This document shows positions 7,486 through 16,144 of a stretch of 40,000 nucleotides of DNA, piece after piece (within the stretch, counting starts at the first letter, position 1; the number at the start of each line of letters is the position of its first letter). Source of the DNA: an uncultured Acidobacteriota bacterium. GTDB taxonomy: Bacteria > Acidobacteriota > Terriglobia > Acidiferrales > UBA7541. The position numbers were made by a program, and so were the translations under genes. The notes beneath the pieces are model-generated. The model saw only the letters and a program-made list of their open reading frames with translations. It was not told the DNA's origin and did no database searches. The stretch is from NCBI GenBank assembly GCA_963808465.1, contig CAWEFX010000005.1, forward strand, positions 110,921 to 150,920. The letters are read 5' to 3'.

Positions 7486-7716
7486 TCAGTGTGGCCTCGG
7501 CGTGCAGAGCGGGCACACCAAGTCACGCAAGGCGTGCAGTGCGTCTCTGAGGGCTGCTCGTTCGTCCTTGGCGAGTTTATCCGAGTGCAGCAGACGGCGG
7601 GTGATGGCCCTCTCCGCAGCGAGCAGGTTATGACAGTCGGCGGGCCACATCAGAGAATCAAACACCGCTCGTTGCCAGGGATACTTGGGTTGCCAAATCA
7701 TCGTGGGCCAAGGCAT
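7486..7716 (-). CDS. Small hypothetical protein
   Basis: 76-aa ORF with WQPKYPWQRAVFD...AAERAITRRL...ERAALRDALHALRDL. It resembles a small-protein family I associate with Acidobacteria-like genomes. Function unknown. Confidence 0.4.
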   Translation of the reverse strand: MPWPTMIWQPKYPWQRAVFDSLMWPADCHNLLAAERAITRRLLHSDKLAKDERAALRDALHALRDLVCPLCTPRPH

Positions 7717-7782
7717 GGGGCCGCGAGGATATCACAGCGGAGGCGCACGCAAACTATCCCCGAGTCAGCAAAAAGCCTCATT

Positions 7783-7803
7783 CCGAGAACACCGTCTATC
7801 AGG
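7783..7803. repeat. Degenerate CCGAGAA hairpin repeat (copy 3)
   Basis: CCGAGAACACCGTCTATCAGG, lying between two minus-strand small ORFs. Confidence 0.55.
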
Positions 7804-8002
7804 CACAGCGGACAAACATAAGTTCCGATCGTTGAAAAAGCGAGGTTTGCTTACAGTTGGTACACTCTAGCCAGCTACCGCCTTCGGGAAATTCCGGCTT
7901 TGAAGGTAAAGCCCAAAGCGCGTAATTCGGTTTCTCCATATCAATTTCCGAGTGAATAAAATGTTTCTTGCATTGTGGGCACTTTAGAATCCAATGTGGC
8001 AT
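7799..8002 (-). CDS. Small zinc-ribbon protein (hypothetical)
   Basis: MPHWILKCPQCKKHF...WLECTNCKQTS has two CxxC pairs. 67 aa. Confidence 0.5.
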   Translation of the reverse strand: MPHWILKCPQCKKHFIHSEIDMEKPNYALWALPSKPEFPEGGSWLECTNCKQTSLFQRSELMFVRCA

Positions 8003-8274
8003 TCGAGCCTGCTCCGCTTAAGTTCCCTGCTTCCTGGAGGTGCGGACAATTGTTGTTGATTCGGTGCGAGCCGTCGTTGTCCAACCGCAATGAGTGACTT
8101 CAATTCCTGAAAGTCCTTCTCGGAAGCTGGCAATAGTGGAAACTGCCTTTTACAAACAGCGAATTGTAGGTCGCAAGCATCTCATGGCATGATAGTGGTC
8201 TTCCTCAGCGCATCGACGGAAGCTAGCCACACCTAAGTATTTCGAAAATAAATTGAATCCAGAGAGGACTAAAA

Positions 8275-8526
8275 ATGGACTTGTCGCATATTGTTTCTGA
8301 GCTTAAGAATGAAAGAAATCGAATTGATAGAGCTATAGCAGCACTGAATGGACTGAATGGAACAGGTATACAAAGGACCACTAAGACAAGCTCTGTCAAA
8401 CCGGCCGCTAGAACAGCGAAACACCGTGGCCATCTGACCGCAGAGGGCAGAAAGCGGTTATCGGAAATGATGAAGAAGCGATGGGCGGAACGAAGAAAAA
8501 GGGCCACAGGCCGCAAGGCTGCCTAA
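8275..8526 (+). CDS. Small basic hypothetical protein
   Basis: 83 aa with an N-terminal helix (IVSELKNERNRIDRAIAALNGL) and a Lys/Arg-rich tail (GRKRLSEMMKKRWAERRKRA). A strong hairpin terminator follows. Confidence 0.55.
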   Translation: MDLSHIVSELKNERNRIDRAIAALNGLNGTGIQRTTKTSSVKPAARTAKHRGHLTAEGRKRLSEMMKKRWAERRKRATGRKAA

Positions 8527-8543
8527 GCGGGTTGTTAGTTTCA

Positions 8544-8580
8544 AAGGGCACGACTCGCACCGTGCCCTTCGTTATTTACC
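8544..8580 (+). terminator. Rho-independent terminator-like hairpin
   Basis: AAGGGCACG (8544-8552) pairs with CGTGCCCTT (8561-8569), giving a 9-bp stem followed by a T-rich tract (CGTTATTTACCTTT). Confidence 0.5.
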
Positions 8581-8582
8581 TT

Positions 8583-8608
8583 TAAGTCCCGAGAAGTTAT
8601 ATTCTCGG
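8583..8608. repeat. TAAGTCCCGAGAAGTT box plus a perfect CCGAGAA-N6-TTCTCGG hairpin (copy 4)
   Basis: TAAGTCCCGAGAAGTTATATTCTCGG. The stem is CCGAGAA (8589-8595) with TTCTCGG (8602-8608). Confidence 0.6.
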
Positions 8609-8635
8609 AAAGTGCGTTTGAGCTTCAAGCCACGT

Positions 8636-11600
8636 CTAAATTCCACCAAGTCTCCGCAGCGCTGCCACAATCAACTCCTGGTTTTTAGGATGCGGTCTTG
8701 TGTATCCGGCCCGGGCTTTCATAAGCATTCTGCGGGATCGAGGAATTTCTTTCACAAGAAGTGACAGTGGCACTTTGTTCATTGCAGGCCGAATTTTGGT
8801 TTCCCATTCATCGCGTTTCGGGTCTGGATATTCCGTGTACACGTTTTGCGCAGAGTGAATTAGACCGGCTTCGACTTCTTCGAGGCTGTTGGATTCCTTG
8901 CCGATGTATTTGAGTTGATCGATTCGAATGTGTCGCCGCTGCAGCAAACCAATCGTCTGCTTACCGCAGCGTTTTCCTTGTGCATCCGCACACTTTGATT
9001 CCGCATGAAATTCATATTCAAGTAGAACGTCGCCGTAAGTTTTCACACGCACGGCACCTCGCCTATCATGATGACCTTCGGTAGTTATACGGTGCGATTT
9101 CCCCGTATATTGGTCGATCCAATCTGTTTTGAGCCATTGCCTCGAATCTGCCTCATACGGCGCAATTAAGTGAAAGCGCTGTGGGTCTACATCGGGAGGA
9201 TAGCCGAACGGCCTCACGTGGCAGGTCTTCAGGAAATTGTATGGCTTGATCTGGTCGGGGTATCGTTTCCCCTCATTAAGGTTTGCTAAAGGCCTCATGA
9301 CGGCAGGACTGCTTATGGTCACACGTCCCACAGCTGGCAAATTCTCAAATCCCAAATTTTCGGTCGGCAAGTCCAAGGCTCTGCGAATAATGTTTGTCCA
9401 CGCTTGCGCTATCCACTCGCGGTCTTCGCTTTCAGGATCGGTTGGATTCAAAAGATGACCCAAGCCATGCTCAGACCATCGGTCCTCCTTATTATTAACC
9501 CCGTTCCGAAGCAGGATCGGTTCTCCATCCTCATTCTTAAGGAAAAGCGCATACCTCTTCGCGGAGATCGCGAGACAGTAAAGCTGGCGCTGATTCCCAT
9601 TTTTCGGATCAAAGTTATCATCCTCGATCTTTAGAATCGAGCCCGGTATTGCTTCGCGATTGTATGGATTAAGGGCGTCAAAACGCTGAGATATTTGCCG
9701 AATCTGTTCCCACGAAAGAGCGTGGATTACTTCGTGTCCATCGACAGAAGGAATCACTCCCCCGTGTTCCGTGGCAACGATTGCCATAGAGTCGGTATCT
9801 TCCATTGCATAGGTGCCGCCTAACTCCCGAACGGAGATTTCCAATAAGGCCAGAGTTAGCCTTGCCGCACCTGTAATCAATGATGCGAGCGGCGGAAAGC
9901 AAAATTCTCCGGGGACGTCAGGGTGAGCCACGCGGCAGGTGAACGGTTCTGGATCAATGCCGTGACAGTTTACGTTGACCTCTCGGTCGGATTCTTGCCG
10001 ATTCATTTCCGCATAGATGCCGTAGCTCGCCGCGTTTGCGAGGACTTTGAGGGCTTTATCGAGACGCGTCCGTTCGTTTTCGGGAAGGTCGGTCCGCGAC
10101 GATAAACGCTTGCGTTCCTCGATCGCAACTCTGAAGAAATCCTGCTCTTTTGGATCTATCGATATCGCGTTGCGCAGTTTCGTTCCATTGAGTTCTGATA
10201 GTTTTGGGTCTGCCGCGATACGGAACGCTTCGATAATCTTAGGAGTTCTCCCGGTCAAAAGTCTGGAAACAACAACATCAGGCAGCGAAAACCATAAGGC
10301 ATCGTTTGGGTCGTCATTTCGCGCGTAAATATGATTTACGGCAACTTGCCAGTCGTTGCTCTCAAGACTGTACTTGGCGCGAGATGGAAGAATGTCACCA
10401 TTCGGAATAACACGGACAAAAGCCTGTAGATATTGCCAGGTTCGGGGGTTGAACAAATCCACCACCTCTAGTCGTTTGAGAAATGCCCTTATTTCGTCGG
10501 CGCAGTTTTCTATAACCCGAATTTCACGGGCCGTAACAAAATCCCACAATCCCATGAGGCTGTTAACCGTGGGATACATGGAAAGGAAATCGCAATACAC
10601 GACCGGGACCGCGATTTTCCGAATATGCCCGCTTGCTCGTCCGCCGAAAAAGGCCGACTGCGCATACCCGAGATACGCTTTTGGAAAGTTTGGCTGCCTC
10701 TCAAAGATCGGTCTGATCCCCATCGCCCTCAGATATGACTTACCGATTGACGCTGGCGAATACGCTTTTGTAGCCTGGAGCGCTATCGGATGCTTATCGT
10801 ATTCTTCGAGCAGCTTCGCGGTTAGTTCTGAGGTGGCCAAAACATCGCGGCGGTTGTAATCAATGTATTCTTCTGTAACCTCGCCGTGGCGTTCAGCACG
10901 TTTTTTGCGATGCTCCACGCCGAAATCTTCGCAGGCGCTTTCTAATGTGTAGCCTTTGTCGGTGAGGGCAAATGCAAGGGTGCGTACGTCTAGGAAATGA
11001 CCGTGAAACACGTATTCCTTCGTTGGCCTTCCCGAACGCGAACCTTCCGGTATCAGATCGACTCTGTCAGGCTTTTTCCTGCCGGTAAAGGCTTTGAGCG
11101 CGCGTTTGCTGTCGATTTGTTTGATGGCAACTCTGGGCCGGTATTTATCTCGGCTCTCGTGGCCCTCTGGGTCGGAATATGACCATAATCCAAGCGAAAA
11201 ACCCCCGACAAAACGATCACGTGCGTCCGTGAAATCGCTAGCGACTCGGGAAATATCAAACGGGAAACTAAAAGCAATTAGAAGGCAGCGGCCCTTGTAA
11301 GCGGCTAAAAATAATCGATCGACGAATTGGGAGCGGCTAAGTAAACGGAGTGAGCTAATGCCATAAATCGTATCAGCCTTATGTTTTGAGACGTAATCCT
11401 CCAGAACTTTACGATCTTGCGTGGGTAGATCATCACCATAGAACAAACCTTCTTCCAGACAGTCACCCGAAACGATGAATCTGTAGCTTCCAAACGTGAG
11501 CCGCTGAGCCGCATCGACCCGCGTTTCCGTATCAAATACCAACATTGCATTTGGACGTGGTGGCGGTGGCTTCCGTGGTTCGAAATTCCTCCCTTCGGGA

Positions 11601-11698
11601 TAGACCCGTATCGCGATGGACAATGGATCGGGTACACGATCCGAGGCGCCGATTAGCGTGTTGGCACGAATTGCGCTATTGGAGTGTTCATCCACCAC
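8636..11698 (-). CDS. polB: Divergent family-B DNA polymerase (casposon PolB)
   Basis: ExoI LVFDTET; Exo-like YNRRDVLAT; motif A VVYCDFLSMYPTV; motif B KALKVLANAASYGIYAE; motif C TYAMEDTDSMAIV; KxY ISAKRYALF. 1020 aa. The start is uncertain: the GTG at 11698 overlaps the upstream ORF by 46 nt. Confidence 0.85.
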   Translation of the reverse strand: MVDEHSNSAIRANTLIGASDRVPDPLSIAIRVYPEGRNFEPRKPPPPRPNAMLVFDTETRVDAAQRLTFGSYRFIVSGDCLEEGLFYGDDLPTQDRKVLEDYVSKHKADTIYGISSLRLLSRSQFVDRLFLAAYKGRCLLIAFSFPFDISRVASDFTDARDRFVGGFSLGLWSYSDPEGHESRDKYRPRVAIKQIDSKRALKAFTGRKKPDRVDLIPEGSRSGRPTKEYVFHGHFLDVRTLAFALTDKGYTLESACEDFGVEHRKKRAERHGEVTEEYIDYNRRDVLATSELTAKLLEEYDKHPIALQATKAYSPASIGKSYLRAMGIRPIFERQPNFPKAYLGYAQSAFFGGRASGHIRKIAVPVVYCDFLSMYPTVNSLMGLWDFVTAREIRVIENCADEIRAFLKRLEVVDLFNPRTWQYLQAFVRVIPNGDILPSRAKYSLESNDWQVAVNHIYARNDDPNDALWFSLPDVVVSRLLTGRTPKIIEAFRIAADPKLSELNGTKLRNAISIDPKEQDFFRVAIEERKRLSSRTDLPENERTRLDKALKVLANAASYGIYAEMNRQESDREVNVNCHGIDPEPFTCRVAHPDVPGEFCFPPLASLITGAARLTLALLEISVRELGGTYAMEDTDSMAIVATEHGGVIPSVDGHEVIHALSWEQIRQISQRFDALNPYNREAIPGSILKIEDDNFDPKNGNQRQLYCLAISAKRYALFLKNEDGEPILLRNGVNNKEDRWSEHGLGHLLNPTDPESEDREWIAQAWTNIIRRALDLPTENLGFENLPAVGRVTISSPAVMRPLANLNEGKRYPDQIKPYNFLKTCHVRPFGYPPDVDPQRFHLIAPYEADSRQWLKTDWIDQYTGKSHRITTEGHHDRRGAVRVKTYGDVLLEYEFHAESKCADAQGKRCGKQTIGLLQRRHIRIDQLKYIGKESNSLEEVEAGLIHSAQNVYTEYPDPKRDEWETKIRPAMNKVPLSLLVKEIPRSRRMLMKARAGYTRPHPKNQELIVAALRRLGGI

Positions 11699-12156
11699 TT
11701 TGATCCCAATGACTCCCGCAGAAATGCATCAGCCTTTTCTAACATCTCTGGAATCCAAAGCAGCATTTTCTTAACGAGGTAGATGATGTAATCGACAAAG
11801 CCGCGAATGCATGCGGCAGCGCGTAAGAATGGGCTACCGTCGGAATTTTCAAGCGTCTGTTTGGGCCAATTGTACTGAGCTGCTGATAGTTCAGCACGAT
11901 GGTCGTTTAATGGTGCGGGCATGGTTGTCTTGTCGTTCGCTCGGCCTGCCACGTGATGTAAATCCTCTTTTGCCTTTCCTTCTTTTTCTCGCTCACACTC
12001 TCCGCAAATAATAGTTTTCCCGTGCCTCTCAAGAGCCAACGGACGCGCCTCACCGCATGCACACTGCGCACCGACACCAACGCGCCGCGCAGCCGCAGCA
12101 TTGCGGGCGTATGCACCAATAGCGTCGCATTCTGGCAATTCTAGTTTGTTTGGCAT
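11653..12156 (-). CDS. Zinc-finger / HNH-like protein (putative nuclease)
   Basis: CxC...CxxC (QCACGE...IICGEC) followed by DLHHVAGRANDKTTMPAPLNDHRAEL, a loose HNH pattern (HH...N...N-x-H). It sits in the same operon directly upstream of PolB. Confidence 0.45.
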   Translation of the reverse strand: MPNKLELPECDAIGAYARNAAAARRVGVGAQCACGEARPLALERHGKTIICGECEREKEGKAKEDLHHVAGRANDKTTMPAPLNDHRAELSAAQYNWPKQTLENSDGSPFLRAAACIRGFVDYIIYLVKKMLLWIPEMLEKADAFLRESLGSKWWMNTPIAQFVPTR

Positions 12157-12777
12157 TTACGCAGACCTCGCATAGAGCGTTTCAAACGACAAGACACCCG
12201 CGCTCGCTAGCCGATCCAACTCAGCTAGATCGGTAAGCAAAGGAACAATCCTGCCATTCGCATCAATGAAAGACTGACCTGTGAATTGTTGGATTGCCGA
12301 GGCGTCGCCGGTTTGGACGTAACGATCAGCGGCATTCCAATGCTCGGAAACCACAGACGCTTGGCGGGAGTCTCGCAAGCCTACCACCAGTCGCCGCCCT
12401 TGCGGTCCTTCCTGCGTCAATACTCCGAGCACGCGCAACAGCCGATCACTTGCTTTGGGGGTGTACCGTCCGTTTGGCTTCTTCCGCAGAACTGAACCGG
12501 CCAAGCGGCGGACCGTACGCGGACTAATGTGATATTCACGTGATACTTCTCGAAGTGATTCCTTATCTTTTCGCATTTGTGTGACGACGTGGGTCATCCG
12601 TTCCCATCTGTCTTGGAAACTTTCAGATCTGGCGACGAACTCTTCGGCGGTCCGGGGTGCGCGTTGCTGTGGAAATCTTCGCTTCATACCATCCTCCAAG
12701 GGTGTGTATTCCGATGGTTTCTTAGACCTTGAGCCTACACCTGTTTTTTGGGTTCCAGAGGCAAAATAGGCTGACAT
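12157..12777 (-). CDS. HTH-domain protein
   Basis: HTH-like SLREVSREYHISPRTVRRLAG. It abuts the HNH-like ORF (stop at 12157, next start at 12156) and is the first gene of the minus-strand HTH-HNH-PolB operon. Confidence 0.55.
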   Translation of the reverse strand: MSAYFASGTQKTGVGSRSKKPSEYTPLEDGMKRRFPQQRAPRTAEEFVARSESFQDRWERMTHVVTQMRKDKESLREVSREYHISPRTVRRLAGSVLRKKPNGRYTPKASDRLLRVLGVLTQEGPQGRRLVVGLRDSRQASVVSEHWNAADRYVQTGDASAIQQFTGQSFIDANGRIVPLLTDLAELDRLASAGVLSFETLYARSA

Positions 12778-12814
12778 CGTGGCCCCAATAGGGCCATAAT
12801 GTTATGGCACTCTG

Positions 12815-13297
12815 ATGACCAAGGCCAAAATGAACCGTTACGAAACGCAGGTATTGGTTGTCCTATTCGAGCGGATGTTTGGACAGAGAGTCACAAACTT
12901 AAATCTCAGCAAACACGAAATCCTCGCAGAAGGATTCGACAATCTCAATGACAGACTCGGCTCCATTGTGGGACACCTGATCAAGTCATATGGAATGGTG
13001 ATCAAAAACCAAGCACAGGCCAACGGCGTGATAGAAACAATTCGCAAAATGTCAGAGAAGGATGTGCGTATGGTGAGGAAGCAACTGAATGAAACGATGC
13101 GAACATTCCTCGGAAGCGCGGAGAAACTGGGAAGAAGGGAAAAGCTAACGGCGACACAGAAAAAGGACTTTTGTGGAATTGTCGGCACCTTTATTGGCAA
13201 CGGTCACAGCTTGAAAGACGCCTTACAGCTGGCGGCTGGTCAGCACAAGGTAAGTTTCAGAACTGGGCGACGCATTTGGGAGAATCGGCCATACTGA
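12815..13297 (+). CDS. Hypothetical helical protein, possible C-terminal HTH
   Basis: 160 aa. The C-terminus GHSLKDALQLAAGQHKVSFRTGRRIWENR looks HTH-like. It is divergent from the PolB operon and directly upstream of Cas1. Confidence 0.45.
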   Translation: MTKAKMNRYETQVLVVLFERMFGQRVTNLNLSKHEILAEGFDNLNDRLGSIVGHLIKSYGMVIKNQAQANGVIETIRKMSEKDVRMVRKQLNETMRTFLGSAEKLGRREKLTATQKKDFCGIVGTFIGNGHSLKDALQLAAGQHKVSFRTGRRIWENRPY

Positions 13298-13379
13298 GAA
13301 CCAAAACATGAATTGCAGCGGGACGCGCCGGTGCGCTAACACCGAACGCGCCCCTGACTACCACGGAGGTAGTGCTCCA

Positions 13380-14915
13380 ATGGCAGCTTCGGCAAACGTA
13401 TATCAACTTCCGCATTCCAGCAATTTACTCACCCCGCGACATGGGACGCTGACCCTCTACGGATATGGAATTCGGGTTTACGTAGAACGTGGTCATTTGA
13501 TCGTGAAGGACGGAATCGGTTGTGATCGCCACGAAGGACGCTTCGCTCGTGTAGGGCATGGGTTGCGTCGCCTGGTTGTAATTGGGTCCGACGGATTCGT
13601 CTCCCTGTCCGCCCTCAACTGGTTAGCAAATCAGGAAGCAGCATTTCTCATGCTTGAACGGGATGGCAAGCTTCTCTTAGCAACGGGGCCAACCGGTCCT
13701 TGGGATGCGCGGCTTCGTCGCTCACAAGCTCTCGCACGAAACACACACGTCGCCTTAGATATCGCTCGCGAACTAATCACGCAAAAGTTGACCGGGCAAG
13801 AACAGATTGCCCGAGACAGACTTGAGGATCAGGCCGTGGCGGACACGATTGCTCAAGCGCGTGCCGATGTGGGCGCAGCCGATACAATTGAGATGATTCG
13901 CTTGCTGGAAGCACACGCAGCGCACGCGTACTGGACGGCATGGCGCAAACTCAAAATTGATTTCCCGAAAAGCGATCTCCAGCGCGTACCTGATCACTGG
14001 CTTTCATTCGGAACACGCAAATCCCCGCTGACACGTTCACCTCGTCTCGCGGGTAATCCAGCTAATGCAATTCTTAATTATTTATACGCGCTTCTCGAAT
14101 CGGAAGCCCGGCTTGCTGCTGTTGCGCTTGGATTAGATCCCGGCATTGGCTTTTTGCACGTTGAGACTGACGCTCGCGACAGCCTCGCTTGCGACTTAAT
14201 GGAGGCGATTCGCCCACACATTGACGCCTACGTTCTTGACTGGATTCGTCGGCAGCCGTTCCGTCGCGAGTGGTTCTTCGAAAAGAGCGATGGCAACTGC
14301 CGTCTAATGGCACAGTTCTGCTTGCGACTTTCGGAGACGACACAAACATGGGGCGCTTTGATTGCTCCAGTTGCCGAGTGGGTCTCGCGCACCCTATGGT
14401 CAACAATTCGGAACTCAGGTCGGCAGGTTCATCCAGCTACCCACCTTACACAGACTCACAGACGAGAGACTAAACGCGAAGGATGCGGACTGCCCCTTCC
14501 GCCAGCGCCCCAAGCTCCCCGCGTCTGTCCACACTGCGGAGCTTCAGTAAAGGCAGGAAAAACTCACTGCGCTCCCTGCGCCATCACCATACAGCGGCAG
14601 GGATTCCTAAAGATCGCGGAGCAAGGACGAATGGTCTCACACTCAGCCGAATCTGAGCTTAAGCGCGGGGCCACACAGCGAAAGCGACATGAGGCTCAGC
14701 GTAATTGGCACATTTGGAATCATCCGACATGGCTGACGGAGCAGTTTTATTCCGAACAGATTCAGTCGCGACTTGGCAAAGTGGAAGTTAAAAGAATAGC
14801 TGCGACTCTAGGTGTATCGATCACATACGCCAGCTATATTCGCGCCGGGCGACGGCGGCCACATCCAAGACACTGGGAGACGCTGGCGCGACTCGTGAGG
14901 GTTGGACAGGACTAA
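13380..14915 (+). CDS. cas1: Cas1-family integrase (casposase) with a C-terminal zinc ribbon and HTH extension
   Basis: Cas1 signatures: LEAHAAHAYW, RLAGNPANAILNYLYALLESEARLAAVALGLDPGIGFLHVETDARDSLACDLMEAIRPHIDAYVLDW (conserved E, H and D/E context). C-terminal CPHCG...HCAPC, then IAATLGVSITYASYIRAGRRRPHPRHW. The ATG at 13380 follows GGAGGT; the ORF-track start is 13308. Confidence 0.9.
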   Translation: MAASANVYQLPHSSNLLTPRHGTLTLYGYGIRVYVERGHLIVKDGIGCDRHEGRFARVGHGLRRLVVIGSDGFVSLSALNWLANQEAAFLMLERDGKLLLATGPTGPWDARLRRSQALARNTHVALDIARELITQKLTGQEQIARDRLEDQAVADTIAQARADVGAADTIEMIRLLEAHAAHAYWTAWRKLKIDFPKSDLQRVPDHWLSFGTRKSPLTRSPRLAGNPANAILNYLYALLESEARLAAVALGLDPGIGFLHVETDARDSLACDLMEAIRPHIDAYVLDWIRRQPFRREWFFEKSDGNCRLMAQFCLRLSETTQTWGALIAPVAEWVSRTLWSTIRNSGRQVHPATHLTQTHRRETKREGCGLPLPPAPQAPRVCPHCGASVKAGKTHCAPCAITIQRQGFLKIAEQGRMVSHSAESELKRGATQRKRHEAQRNWHIWNHPTWLTEQFYSEQIQSRLGKVEVKRIAATLGVSITYASYIRAGRRRPHPRHWETLARLVRVGQD

Positions 14916-15053
14916 TGCGACACGTAGACGCAGTGGTTTTGCGGTTGGTGGCAGCGGTCTCGGCCCAGAAAAGACCGAGCTTACCAGGACATAGGCTTTA
15001 CGGATTGAAATCTCGCCCGGTTCAATCCCTTGCGCTGGTTTCGGGGGTCCGTG

Positions 15054-15833
15054 TCAGCGGTGGGATCTGGAGGGGTTAGTTCCTGGTGCACTCCGATAGT
15101 GACCTCGAACGTAGGTGCCATCCTTGCGATAGTAACCGTTGACGTGCACCGTCTTGGGAACTCCGTTTGCATTCGGGTCGCCATAGCAAGATCCATTCTC
15201 GGCACAAGGCGCAGGGACGGACGCTGGCGAACTCTGAACAGTAGGTGCACTTTTTTCCTCTTGAACCGTTGTCGCAGAGGTCTCGTCCCCCGTGTTCAAC
15301 AGGGAGTGATCACAATAGCCAACCCCGGTCGTGCATCTTTGTAAGTTGCGATCGTGCTCGGCAACGGCTACTGGCTTGGCTTCAGCAGGCGACAGCAGGG
15401 AGTGATCACAGTAGCCAATCCCGGTCGTGCATCTTTGTAAGTTGCGATCGTGCTCGGCGACGGCTACTGGCTTGGCTTCAGCAGGCGACAGCAAGGAGTG
15501 ATCACAATAGCCAATCCCGGTCGTGCATCTTTGTAGGTTGCGATCGTGCTCGGCAACGCCTACCGGCTTGGCTTCAGCAGGCGACAGCAGTGAGTGATCA
15601 CAATAGCCAATCCCAGTCGTGCACCTTTGTAGGTTGCGATCGTGCTCGGCGACAGAAACCGGCTTAGTTTCAGCAGCCGAAAGCAAAGAGTGATCGCAAT
15701 AGCCAATCCCGCTTATGCATCTCTGCAGATTCCGATCATGCTCAGCGACAGCAATACGCTGAGCTTCGGATTGCGCCGTTGCGGGAATCGACAGAGTCAG
15801 CAGCGCCGCTAGTAAAGCCCAAGGGCGTTTCAT
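15054..15833 (-). CDS. Secreted Cys-containing protein with five 32-aa tandem repeats
   Basis: Signal peptide MKRPWALLAALLTLSIPATAQ; the start at 15833 is preceded by GAGGAG. Five copies of VAEHDRNLQRCTTGIGYCDHSLLSPAEAKPV. C-terminal GYYRKDGTYVRGHYRS motif. Confidence 0.65.
   Translation of the reverse strand: MKRPWALLAALLTLSIPATAQSEAQRIAVAEHDRNLQRCISGIGYCDHSLLSAAETKPVSVAEHDRNLQRCTTGIGYCDHSLLSPAEAKPVGVAEHDRNLQRCTTGIGYCDHSLLSPAEAKPVAVAEHDRNLQRCTTGIGYCDHSLLSPAEAKPVAVAEHDRNLQRCTTGVGYCDHSLLNTGDETSATTVQEEKSAPTVQSSPASVPAPCAENGSCYGDPNANGVPKTVHVNGYYRKDGTYVRGHYRSAPGTNPSRSHR
15270..15749. repeat. Five tandem 96-bp repeats (coding)
   Basis: The landmark AGGGAGTGAT recurs at 15301, 15397, 15493, 15589 and 15685, an exact 96-nt period. 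The inner copies are nearly identical and the outer copies diverge. Confidence 0.85.
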
Positions 15834-16144
15834 GATTACTCCTCGATTAGAGAGAAACTTACTGCCGAGGGGATAAAATCTGGTAGAGGTTATCAGGTAA
15901 TAAGCTGAATTGGAAGCTACCACGTAAGCATCTGAGCAACCGGCACTGCCCTCAGCATCTCCTGGTCCTTCCTTGCGAGGGGTGAACTTTGCAAGTCGGC
16001 CTAAATTCCTGTAAGCCGTGCGAGGTCCTCCCCATGCCGTTCGTGCGGACGGCGCTTTCCCCTCCGATATCAGCAGCGTATGCGCTAAACAATGAGGTCT
16101 TTAGACTTGAACTCTTTGGGACTCGCCGTATGATTGGCGTGCCA

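Noticed and set aside
15003-15029. tRNA-like T-arm / att remnant (GGATTGAA-N11-TTCAATCC, containing GGTTCAATCC)
   Set aside because: It is an 8-bp hairpin, but the flanks cannot be folded into acceptor, anticodon or D arms on either strand. It is probably just a hairpin downstream of Cas1 and of the convergent gene.
15270-15749. Possible CRISPR array near Cas1 (regular 96-bp periodicity)
   Set aside because: The repeats are contiguous with no unique spacers. They lie entirely inside a long ORF and translate to a repeated 32-aa module. No short repeat-spacer pattern occurs anywhere in the window.
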